The position numbers were made by a program, and so were the translations under genes. This document shows, in pieces, positions 18,869 to 30,667 of a stretch of DNA of 64,000 nt. Position 1 is the first letter of the stretch, and the number at the start of each line of letters is the position of its first letter. The notes under the pieces were generated by a model, which did not search any database, was not told the DNA's origin, and saw only the letters and a list, made by a program, of their open reading frames with translations. The DNA comes from Paraspadella gotoi (lineage: Eukaryota > Animalia > Chaetognatha), in the NCBI GenBank assembly GCA_051294375.1, contig CM119269.1, positions 3,142,026-3,206,025 on the forward strand. The letters are read 5' to 3'.

Positions 18869-20882
18869 CTCGTTCTTTATACTTAAGTTTTCTTTTGCAG
18901 TGTGGAAGGATGAAGACAAGTTTTGACTGTTTCCTTCGACATGCGTTTTCGTCCTTTAAACTCGGAAAGACTTTAAAATAAAATAATCTTTTAGCATGAT
19001 TTATACTTTAGTTTTAAAACAAATTCTAAAGTTTAAAAAGTTAATAAGACTGTTGAAAATATTATGAAAACCGAAAAATTAAAAAAATTCTTATTTCTTA
19101 TAACTTTTGATTTTCTAATCTACGTAAATTTTATTTTATTGTATTTTTAATGTCACCTCTGATAATATTGATCGCTACGTACGCGCATTCGCGTACGATA
19201 ACGCGGTACAATCTGAAAAACTCGATCGAAAACTTAATAGTTAATATATTTGAAAGTTTGTTTTGCCCCTAGAGCGAAGAGATCAAGGAGTCGGTTGTAA
19301 ATGAGTCGTAGAAAATTTGTAGATATTTTGAAAATGAGTTTTGGATTTTCCCGCTGATGGGGAAAAGGATTAGATGAAAAAAAGGGAATAAAATGAGAAA
19401 CAAGACTTTCGTGTTTTTGAAAAATTTAACCGAAAAAAAGGGATTTTTTTCCGACTTTTGTTTCGAATTAAAAAAGATGAATAAGTTTTTTTTCTCGTTT
19501 ATTTGAGAGAAAAGTTATTTTAGAAAGTGATTTTTAACATCGTTTTTTGAAATGATACAAGAGTATAATAGACTTCGTGCTCTGACTGACCTTAAACAGT
19601 CGCATGGACGACTGAATTACAAACAAAAATATATACGTTTATGGTAAAATTTAACAACTGAAGAAAATGTTTCATTATTTTTTTTTTCAGCTAAAGATTT
19701 TCTAATCAATGATTAACCGACTCACAATTCGAAAATAACTTGAGACTAGAAATCGTTTTGGACATAAAAACAAATGATCATCATCATCGTCATCTCGTGA
19801 ATTGCAAATGTTTTTGTTATTTTCTTTCTGCCGATGGAAGTATTTTTTAAAAAAATATCTCCGGAAAATATATTAATGAAGAAATTACTGAAACAATTGG
19901 GAAATTAAATAAAAACTCAAAAAAGTTTAAAAAATAATAAAATGGCGGTATTGCTCTGGAAATGGGATAAGAACAATGCGCGCATAAAAAAGGTACGAGA
20001 TGTTGTTGGTTCAAAGATTTTCGATAAAATGTAAAGTCTGTTTTGGGTGGTCCTTTTGGGCCAGTTTTCACAAGCACATAAAATGCCGTTACAACCGAAG
20101 GAGAAAACAGAACTCCCATTCTTTTTTACTTTTAGTCTTTTTGTTGTTTTAATAATTATTGTAAATTATCAGTAAATGTAAAAAAATGCGTTCCCAGCAA
20201 TATCCGACTCCCATTACATGTGTTACATTTTTGACATCATTAAAATTGATTTTTTTCTTTACCCCTCTCACCTGGAACACAATCAGGTAAGTCTTTTCAA
20301 GCCTCAATATTCACTGTACGATTCGTGCATGTTTGTTTTTTGCTTAAAATCAGATGTTGGAAACTAATAAAAATTTAGTTTTTGTGTTGTGTTTTCGCAG
20401 CCCATAAATATACTTTCTTTCATTTGTGTTTCGCTCGAAGAAAAAAATAAACATAAAAGATGCTGAAAACAATTTTTCTGTGAAACGACGCTGTTCTTCT
20501 GTTATTTTTACAAAAATATATTGAGAGGGCGCAAGTAGGCTCAAATAATTGAGAAGCCACAATCTTTAAACTGAACAAATGACCATCAGAAAAGTTGCGA
20601 AAATCTAAACAATTTTCGATATTTCTAATTTGTAATTTATCCAACTTTTGCTGCTCGAAGGTAGTTATCATAATCTGTACATTGCTATGATCTTGTGACT
20701 GGTCTCCTGTTATTATTATACAATACATATGTATATACGATACAAATACTATTCTACTAATAGTGGAAATAAAAAAGGAATGAAAAACCGAAAAAAAAAC
20801 GATGAAGAAAAATTTTACAAAAGAAAATGTTTGTTAACCAATTTTTCTTTACGTACGTATGTATAAAAATTAAACAATCCTT
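16888..20882 (+). repeat. Left arm of a ~12 kb imperfect inverted duplication
   Basis: 16888-20440 is the reverse complement of ~25195-28837, and 20470-20882 of ~22430-22820. Example: 17101-17150 versus 28560-28615. Differences are mostly 1-2 bp indels. Confidence 0.92.
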
Positions 20883-21184
20883 NNNNNNNNNNNNNNNNNN
20901 NNNNNNNNNNNNNNNNNNNNNNNNNNNNNNNNNNNNNNNNNNNNNNNNNNNNNNNNNNNNNNNNNNNNNNNNNNNNNNNNNNNNNNNNNNNNNNNNNNNN
21001 NNNNNNNNNNNNNNNNNNNNNNNNNNNNNNNNNNNNNNNNNNNNNNNNNNNNNNNNNNNNNNNNNNNNNNNNNNNNNNNNNNNNNNNNNNNNNNNNNNNN
21101 NNNNNNNNNNNNNNNNNNNNNNNNNNNNNNNNNNNNNNNNNNNNNNNNNNNNNNNNNNNNNNNNNNNNNNNNNNNNNNNNNNNN
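20883..21184. other. Assembly gap (one of eight N runs)
   Basis: Other N runs: 21522-21546, 30391-30415, 48045-48069 and 57018-57042 (each 25 N), 41991-42000, 62446-62760, 63541-63629. Confidence 0.99.
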
Positions 21185-21309
21185 GATTTCAGTTAAAACG
21201 TACGATGTTACTTCAGATTCAAAACAGAATTAGTTCAAAGTCGAACAAATCGCCTTCTTCTTCCTGAACTCCGAGGCGATTCAGCGTTTTTCCTTTGTAA
21301 ATCACGTTC

Positions 21310-22260
21310 TTTCGTTTCCCTGGAATGAGTTAATATTTCCGAGAATCTTTTTAGGTTGTTTTTTTTTTCTCCGGCGTCATTTTCAAGTTTATTTCATATT
21401 TCAATTTGAGAGCTTCACAGATTATCTCTTCTTGTGTTGTATGGCGATGTCTGTTTTGTGTCTATATGATTGAAACAAAACTTTATTCTTCCAATGCGGT
21501 TGTACTTTCTCTCTCTCTCTCNNNNNNNNNNNNNNNNNNNNNNNNNGAAGAGGAGAGAGAGAGAAAGAGAAGAGACGAGAGAGAGAAGAGAGAGAGAGAA
21601 AAAATGAGAGAGAGAGAGATGAAGAGAGAGGAGATGAGAGAGAGAAACAAAGAAGGAAACGAGCGCGAAGTAAAACAAGCATGGCGGGAATAGAGAAGGA
21701 TGCAGGCAATTCCGGAAATCTCTGTTATGAAAGAGGGAGAAATTGTGACTCGGGTTTCGGATTGTCGGTCGGGAATTAGAACCCGGACGTCGCTTGGCCC
21801 AGCCAACCATCGAGGATCCGGCTTTCCAGTCCTAAACAATTGTTGCCCTTTTCGGCGGGGAGAACTCCTGCAGCAGAGAGAGAGGAGAGAGAGAGAGAGA
21901 GAGAGTAGAGAGAGAGAGAAGAGAGAGAGAGGAAGACAGAGATGAGGCAGAAGAGAGAGGATGAGCAGAGAGAGGAGAGAGAGAGCAGAGAAAGTACAAC
22001 CGCATTTGGAGAATAAAGTTTTGTGTCAATCATAAGCCACAACAGACATCGCCATACAACACAAGAAGAGATAATCCGGAAGCTGCTCACGCTCTGTTCC
22101 AAAGTCAGGGAAAGATGCTAATTTCATTAATGAATGGATAATTTTTTTAATTGGTGTACCAATTTCATTGAAATAGATCAACTTGAAAAAGACGCGGGCA
22201 CGAAAAAAAAAAAACCTAAAAGGATCTCGATAATACTTACTCATTCCAGGGAAACGAAAA
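21310..22260. repeat. Inner inverted repeat at the palindrome centre
   Basis: 21310-21520 is the reverse complement of ~21985-22260: attatctcttcttgtgttgtatggcgatgtctgtt versus aacagacatcgccatacaacacaagaagagataat. Confidence 0.9.
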
Positions 22261-22429
22261 GGTTTAACGATGGCAAGAACACTGAGCTCGTATAGTTCAT
22301 AAACGTACGAGAGGTTACTTCAGATCAAAATAAAATTTAGTTCAAAGTCGAACAAATCGCCTTCTCTTCGACGACTCCGAGGTTTCGCAGTTATCTTCCT
22401 TGTCAATACGGGGTTTGGCCAAGCTTGAG

Positions 22430-25400
22430 GAAGATTGTTTTAATTGTATACATACGTAGTAAAGAAAATTTATCGTAAAATTCTTTTCTGCATCGTTTTT
22501 TTCTGGTTTTCATTCCTTTTTTGTATTTCCCCATATTAAAAATAGTAATTGTATATCGATATACATAATGTATTGGTATAATAATAAAGAGACCACGGTC
22601 CCACAAAGACAAGCAAATGTACAGATAAATAACTACCTCGACACAAAAGTGGATAATTACAAATTAGAAAATATCGAAAATTCGTTAGATTTTCGCAACT
22701 TCTTCCTCGATGGTACATTTGGTTCAGTTTAAAGATTGTGCTTCTCAATTTATTAGCTACTTGCGCTCTCTCAAGAAATTTGTTAGATAACTAGAAAACA
22801 GCGTGTCACAGAAAATTTTTCATAGACCAAAAAGTTAAGTAATATACAGACATAGAGTTTCAATAAAAAACGTTTGCAACACTAATCAGACGTATAATTA
22901 ATAGTTCGTTAATAATTATTTAAGTAATGCATCGAACATAAGAGTATCCTGATGATCGAAATACCGTTCATTTCGTAAATCTTTTAATGTTTAAAACCGG
23001 TCAAGGCGGCCAAAAAGAACAAAAGATACCTATGCGAACCTGGCGGATATTCGAATACTTCTCACCTATAAAAGAGCAATCTTTTCCCGTGTGAATCTGA
23101 CGAAGAGTTATTTTTTTAATACATATGTGTATTATTAATTAATACTTTCTAGTTTATTAATAATTTCATAATGCTTAATAATTTTTATAAGTTTTAGTAG
23201 CTTGGCATGTTGTGATTTTAATATTCTTTTCTGTTTTATAGGAAACATTTTAAAATTAACGCCTATTTTTTTGTTTGCTGTACTGAAATGCAGTCTGAAA
23301 CATATATTTAAACGAGAAATTAAGTAAAAAATCAATCTTATATAGTAAAAATGATAAATAACATAAATATCATTAATATTTAATAAAAGATAAATTTTTA
23401 ACAATAACAATATTAAAAAACATAAATCTTTAAACGAAATTGATTGACTGTACAATTTTATCCCCTTCTTCTTAAACTTATTATAGCTATAGAAGTCATT
23501 TTTTCCTATGTTACTTATAGTTTTTTTAATTTTTATAAATATTACAGGCTAATAATTAAGATAATGAGGGTTTGAGCATCCAATAGTCAGCTTTTCCAAT
23601 AAAAAATTATCCTCGGATTTTTCTTTAGTTTTAGTCCATTGTTATGAATTTAATTCAATTTGTTTTATTTAGAGACGAAATAATAAACTTGTTAATGGTT
23701 AACATACGACATAATGTGTTTTTACATACAAAAATGGACCCCATTTTCCGAACTAACTGTTAGCCCTTCATCGTTGTTGTTAACAATTAAAATGCTATCA
23801 TATTATCATACGTTTTTTTAATCAAAATTTGTTATCACTTTTTTCAATTGGTTGATTGAAGAATTAACAAGCATCTATCATTATTCAGACAATAGGTTGT
23901 TCGATTAATTTTATAAGTTAACTGACATGTTTTTGATTTAAAAAAACTTTTAAACAAAAGCAATTTCTTTAAAATCTTGGAAAGTTAAGTTTCCCTCTCA
24001 AGAGTTCTCTGTTTCTTTTATAAATGAAAGTAGTTTTTGAATATGATATAAATAAACAACTTAATACGATGACAAGTTTTACCCATATCAAAAGTGAGTC
24101 CTGGTCATTTGCCTTCAAACACAAAAAGATCCAAGTCGTGCCAATCTCTGAAATTGTAACATACCAATAAAAATTATGTATGTATTTGCTATTCAAATTA
24201 GTATAAATTTATTAAGATCGTATTTATTTTTCCTCTGAATCATTTTAAACCATAACTATACTTAAATCCATTGATTATCATTATTGAATGGAATCTTTTC
24301 CACTTATCTTATAAATGATTATCGGGGTAGCAGATGTGTGCCCAACGTATTATTGTTTTTTTTCCTTTCATTAAATATGGCGCCCCTAGGATATGCTATT
24401 CCCATGAGCATGGGCAACATACAATGCATCCCATTTAGATTTCCGCCCACGTATCCCACGTATTCCTAACTGTGTGGTAATCCAATGGAACCTAGTTTGA
24501 CTAAAACATTACTTTAAAAATTAGAAAAATATTCAATTAATACTTTTAAACAATTTAAATTCTTTCTTTGCAGTAATTTAAAATAATTTTTTTTATTAAT
24601 TATTATATTAATATTAAATATTAAATTATTATATTTTTTTTAACAATTTATCTTAGTTATTAATCCTTTTGCTATCAGGTTTTTCGCATATTTCCTATTT
24701 ACTTAAACACGTAAATAGTAATCTAGAATAATTACAATTAATACAATTTATAATTATAATATATTATAAGGAAACTTAACCAACAAAATAGTTAATATTT
24801 TATTTTTCATGCAATAATCTCTTTGAATTCCCTCATTTGGTAAGAAAAAGAAAGCCATTCAAGATCTTCAAATTAATTGCTATTTTTTGTCTATTATATA
24901 AGTATTATACTAAAATTTTATATTTAAATATATATTCAACACATATAATCAATTATTTCATTTATATTAACAATAAACGTTAACTACGCGAAACTAAAGA
25001 GCGCATCGTTACTGACAAATTCGATCGTTAACTAATTTGCATAATAGGAGCCAGATAAAAATCGACCGGGATCTCCTCATGGTGAAAAATTTCAATCGAA
25101 TAAAAGGTGTTTTAAATTAAAGATAATATTTGATCACTTGTTGCTGAACGTTTTTGAAAATCTGAAATCCATCCTTGAATACACTTAATTTGCAGCACTT
25201 TCTTCGTAAGCTGAAACACAATGAATAGAAAGGTAATATTTTATGGCTGCGAAACACAACACAAAACTAAATGTTTTATAGTTTCCAACTCTGAATTTTA
25301 AGCAAGAAACAAACATGCACGAATCGTACAGTGGGAATATTGAGCTTGAATAAGACTTACCTATTGTGTTCCAGGTAGAGGGTGTAAGAAAAAAAAATTT

Positions 25401-26276
25401 TAATGACGTAAAAAATGTAACACATATAATAAGAGGGATATCTGGGAACGCATTTTTACATTTACTGATAATTACAATAATTATTAAAAACAAAAAGATT
25501 AAAAAGTAAAAAGAATGAGAGTTCTGTTTTCCTTCTGGTTTGTAACGGATTTAATGTCTTGTGAAACTGGGCCCAAAAGGACCTACGTTCCAAAACAGAC
25601 TTTACATTTTATCGAAAATCTTTGAAGACCAACGGTCGAGTACCTTTTTGATGCCGCGCCATTGGTCCTTATCCCATTCCAGAGTACAATACCGCCATTT
25701 ATTAGTTTTTAAACTTTTTGAGTTTTTATTTAAATTCCAATTGTGTTTCATAATTTCTTCATTTAATGATATTTTTCGTGGAATATTTTTTAAAAACATA
25801 CTCTCCAGGCAAGAACGAAAATAACAAAACATTTGCAATCACGTGAAGATGAACGAATGATTGATGATAAATTGTTTGAATGTCAAACGTTTCTAGTCAA
25901 GTTTCGAATGGTGAGTCCGTTAATCATTGATTAGAGAATATCGTTAGCTGAAAACTACAAAAATGAAACATTTTCTTCAGTTGTTAAATTTTTACCCTTA
26001 CGAATATATTTTGTTTGTAAATCTCAGTCCATTCCATAGCACTGTTAAAGTCAGTCAAGAGCAAGAGAAGTCTATTGTCTTGTCACTTTTCAAAAAACGA
26101 TGTTAAAAATACACTTTTTAAAATAAACTTTCTCTCAAATCGAATAAACGAGAATAAATAAAACTTATTCATCTTTTTTAACTTCGACCAACAAAAGTCG
26201 GAAAAAAATAACCTTTTTTCCGGTTCAATTTTTTCAAAAACACGGTAAAAGTCCTTGTTTCTCATTTCTATTCCTT

Positions 26277-26316
<40 letters not shown>

Positions 26317-26812
26317 CACTACTCCTTTCCCCACAGCGGGAAATCAAAACTCATTTCAAAAATATTAACAAATTTTCTTTTCTACGACTCATTTACCAAT
26401 CCGACTCCTTGATTCCTTCGTCCTAGGGCAAGAACAAACTTCAAATATATTAATATTAAGTTTCGATCGAGTTTTTCAATTGGTATCGCGTTATCCGTAC
26501 ACCTAAATTCGCGTAACATAGCAATTCATATTAACAGATTTGACATTCAAAAAACATAAAAAACATTTACGAGATTAGAAATAAAAGTTATAAGAAATAA
26601 AATTTTATTTTTCGGATTTTCATAATATTTTCCACAGTCTTATTAATTTTAAACTTTAAATTTGTTTTAAAACTAAAAGTATAAATCGAATGCTAAAGAT
26701 ATTTTATTTTAAAGCTTTCCGAGTTTAAGGACGAAAACGGCATGTTCGAGAGTGAACCAGCAAAAACATGCGTCTTCATCCTCCACACTGCAAATGAAAA
26801 TTAAGTATAAAG

Positions 26813-26878
<66 letters not shown>

Positions 26879-28837
26879 AGAGATGAAGAGAGAGCGGAGA
26901 AGAAGAGGTGCATGGGAGAGAAAAATTGGGGGTAGATCTTAAACGGAAGAAAAAATTTAGAGTGAGAAGGTATTTGGTTATTTGATCGGAACGCCACAAG
27001 CGCGCATGAATTTTCCTGAGCTTCAAGTTTTTTTTGCATTGTTGCCTAGATTAATCTTTTGAAGTATTTTCTTCGTTACGTTAAAATACAGCTGTTTAAT
27101 TTGTATTTTCGCCTGGTATGAAGATAAAAAAACGATAACAGATTCCGCAATTCTCTCTCTCTCGCTCCTCTTCTCCATCTCTCTCTCTCTCTATCCATTC
27201 TCTTCTCGTCCTCCTTCCTCTCTCTCTCTCTCCATCTCTCCTCCGCTCTCATCTCTCTCTCCGCCTCGTCCCTCTCTCTCTTCCCTCACTCTCCTCTCTT
27301 TCCTTGAGCTGACAACCGTGAAAAATTTTATCCTCATCTGAAAGCATAACAGTCCGTTTAGGATATTCCATCGAGTAATTTAAGTCGCAAGGAAAAAAAT
27401 CATAAAAATTTTAAAAGCGCCACTCATAAAAACGGTCTATAAAAATTCTTTCCTTTACAAAGCTTTTACGACAAAAGTCATAAAATTTGATTCCAAAATT
27501 TTAAAAAATTTGGGCTAGGCTTACACATGGACTAGCATTAATCTGATTTAGATATTTAGTTTAAAGGCCAACAAATAAATTCGGGGCATAATTTAAATGT
27601 ATTTCTCGTTCAATAACTCGAAGCGGTGATGTAAGAAATTCATCATATAAACGTCGTTTAGTTTCTGTCTTCCCTATTAAATTTTTTTCAGCATCGATTT
27701 TGATGGCTTAATGATCTGGTACTGAGATATCCAATATCGGCATGTTTAATCAGTATGTAAGTGGTTAGAGAGAAAAAACAAAAACCATGTGTTCGTTTTA
27801 ATTCTCATCTTTTTTGTGCATCTGATAAATCCACAAACCAATTTGAAGTGCTAAACGAAACTTTCTGTTCTCAATTCTATTCCGAGCCAGATTCTGTAAT
27901 TTCGTTTTTCTTCAAAATCCTTTTAAAACACATTTTAAAAATTATTATGTTTATTTTTTCCTCATTTGCCTTTTTCGGTTTTTTTTAGGCAATTTTCAAT
28001 TAATTTTTTTTTGAACTTCAATTTATTGCTTACTGCCTATTTATTTGTTTATTTGATTTTTTATCTATATCTTGAATATATTCTTTTTATTTTTCTATAA
28101 TTTAATAATAGGTAACCAACCAAATCTTTGGTACACGAAATTTTAAGAAACTGTTATTTGAGAATTAAAGACGTGAACGGTTTAAAAAAAATGTATACTA
28201 CATTTTTTTTCATATAGAGAATAGGAGATGTAAGAAACTTGTTTAATGTAATTATTGTTCACCAAAGGTTTAAAATTCTACGCAATCCTTTGTAAAATTA
28301 ATTTCTCTAGAAATAGCTCGCCGGACTATCTTTAAAAAAACAACATAGTTTGTATGTGTAACCCTGAATAAAAAAAAAAATTTTTGCGAAAAAATCTATC
28401 GAAAGAGCCGAAATTGAAATTCTTTGGCGGGAAAATCGGGGAAACGAAGAAGAAAAAGATCGATGGGTTGTTTTGTTTGGCTCTAGCCTTTGTTTATAGT
28501 TAAGAAACAACACGACAACTGTTTCTTTTTTTTTATTATTACGTTCAACAAATGTTGAAATACTCTTTTAAGTTCGATTTCAAAAGATTCGAAGAAGAAA
28601 TAAATCTTAGGAAAATTTCAAAAATTTTTTCCGCTCCTGCCAATTTTTTTTTTTTTAATCGGCTAGATCACAGATGTTTCTTATCCGCACAGAGATTATC
28701 GCTCTTATCCGCTTTTTTTTTTTTTTCCGGCTCTACCTCTTTCCTCTCTTTTTCCTTTTCCCCTCCTCCGTTCCAACCGACCAATCGTTTTTTTTTTTTT
28801 TTTTACAAATTTTTATTAAAATCCAAAGCTCCGTATT
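22430..28837 (-). repeat. Right arm of the inverted duplication, with a ~2.4 kb unmatched insert (about 22822-25190)
   Basis: Colinear reverse-complement matches throughout. The ORF track shows paired translations, e.g. VKTGPKGPPKTDFTFYRKS (19847-20119, minus) and KLGPKGPTFQNRLYILSK (25561, plus). Confidence 0.92.
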
Positions 28838-29109
28838 GCGCATACTTTATATACTAAATATGAATTGCTTCCAATTTAACGCTCCAGGCTAAAGAAATCT
28901 AAAAGAAATATTAACCACGCCCTCTACTTATATAACACTGTCGGTCCCTCGCCTATCCCCTCCATTTTGTTACACCCTCGCTCTCTTATTACTATTCCGA
29001 TGTCCCGAGGCCTGGCATTTTCTGAGAGGGTCAAAAATCGGACATTCATCTACATTCATTTATTCGTTTATAATATATTGATTAATTGTTTCATTATTTC
29101 TTTGATGTA

Positions 29110-29345
29110 TTCATTGATTCATTGGTTAATTCGTTGATTCATTCATTCATTCATTCATTCATTCATTCATTCATTCATTCATTCATTCATTCATTCATTC
29201 ATTCATTCAAATTATTCATTCATTCCTACATTTATTGATTAATTGATTGATTGATTCATTCATTAAGATATTGATTCATTAATTCATTCATTCAAATATA
29301 CATTCATACATTCATTGATTCATTCATTGATTCATTCATTGATTC

Positions 29346-29400
<55 letters not shown>

Positions 29401-29490
29401 CATTCATTCATTCATTCATTCATTCATTCATTCATTCATTTATTCAGACATTGTTTGGTTTATTTATTTATTTATACATTCATTCAATCA
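29110..29490. repeat. (ATTC)n/(AATC)n compound microsatellite
   Basis: Directly visible tetranucleotide arrays. Confidence 0.95.
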
Positions 29491-29619
29491 TTCTTTTTTG
29501 TTTCAAATAACTCCGCTCTCTCTCGGATTTTCTTTAAAACCATCACGATATTCGTCTTTCCTGAACCAGAAATTTTCTGATTCCTTATATTTCTTTTTCT
29601 TCCATATTTGAATTCTTCC

Positions 29620-29716
29620 CTTTTCCCTGTGCCCTATCTTTCCTTTTCCCTGTGCCCTATTCTCCCTTTTCCCTGTGCCCTATTTTTCCTTTTCCCTGTG
29701 CCCTATCCTCCCTTTT
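29620..29716. repeat. ~23-bp minisatellite (ttttccctgtgccctat..cc), about 4 copies
   Basis: Directly visible tandem units. Confidence 0.9.
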
Positions 29717-30667
29717 ACCCTTTAATCTTCCCCTTTTCGCGTCCTCTTCCAAAACCTTTTGTCTTTTTTTTTTTCAATCTCAACTTCTCTCGCGCCCTCC
29801 GGCGTTAAAGATGGATTATCGTGTTTTGGTAATCTCTGAACAAATAAAAGGACAAATGAATTTTTTCGCTGTTATTGTAAAAGCGAAAGTAAACAAACGC
29901 GAGCGACGCCTGGTGGAGACATCGGGTTTACTTTCCGACATTCCGCCATCTCTCAATCTTTCGCTTATTTTTTTCCCCTGATTCAGAAATTTCGTAATTT
30001 TTATTTATTTATTTTTAGATCAGTCAATTTTGCGATCTCGTTTGATGAAGTGATCTCTTTAGATTAATATCTAAGATTCTGATTGGATCCGTAATTACTC
30101 TTAATAACTTATCTTCTATTAACTTTTCCTTCTGATTTTTACAGTAATTACCTTTATTAACTTAACCAGAGGGCGTGGGGCTTTTATGTTTAACTTTAAT
30201 GCCTATAATACAGAATTTGATTAAAGAGAGATAGGTTGTTTCTGTATTGGATTTTTTTCGCTCAGGATGTTTGTTTCATTTTTTCACATTATTTTTTAAG
30301 ACCACATTCAATTGGTAATTGAAAGTCGTTATGATGAAAAATTTTGCAAAAGAAAATTATGTTTTTTCTCAGATTTTTGCCAGCATCTTANNNNNNNNNN
30401 NNNNNNNNNNNNNNNTATAAGAATTCGCGCCCAATGGCTTAGAGTAAATGTTAAAAAATAAGGTCAAGTTTTTCTGTTAGTGAAATCTATCTCATTTTTA
30501 ATTTCCTTATTCGTATAAGTTTTTTTTTTTAAATTCCGACGGTAAATGGTGTTCTTATGGACCTGACGTCTGTAAGCTTAAAAACATAATGTTTCTTTTT
30601 AACATTAATTATCTTTATGCTTCATTCTTTTTATTGTTTCTAATAAAACCACTTTTTTCTTTTAGAA

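Noticed and set aside
16888-28837. Autonomous transposon or virus with long terminal inverted repeats (Maverick/Polinton, Foldback)
   Set aside because: No integrase, polymerase or transposase ORF between or within the arms; the centre is ~1.5 kb of gaps and duplicates.
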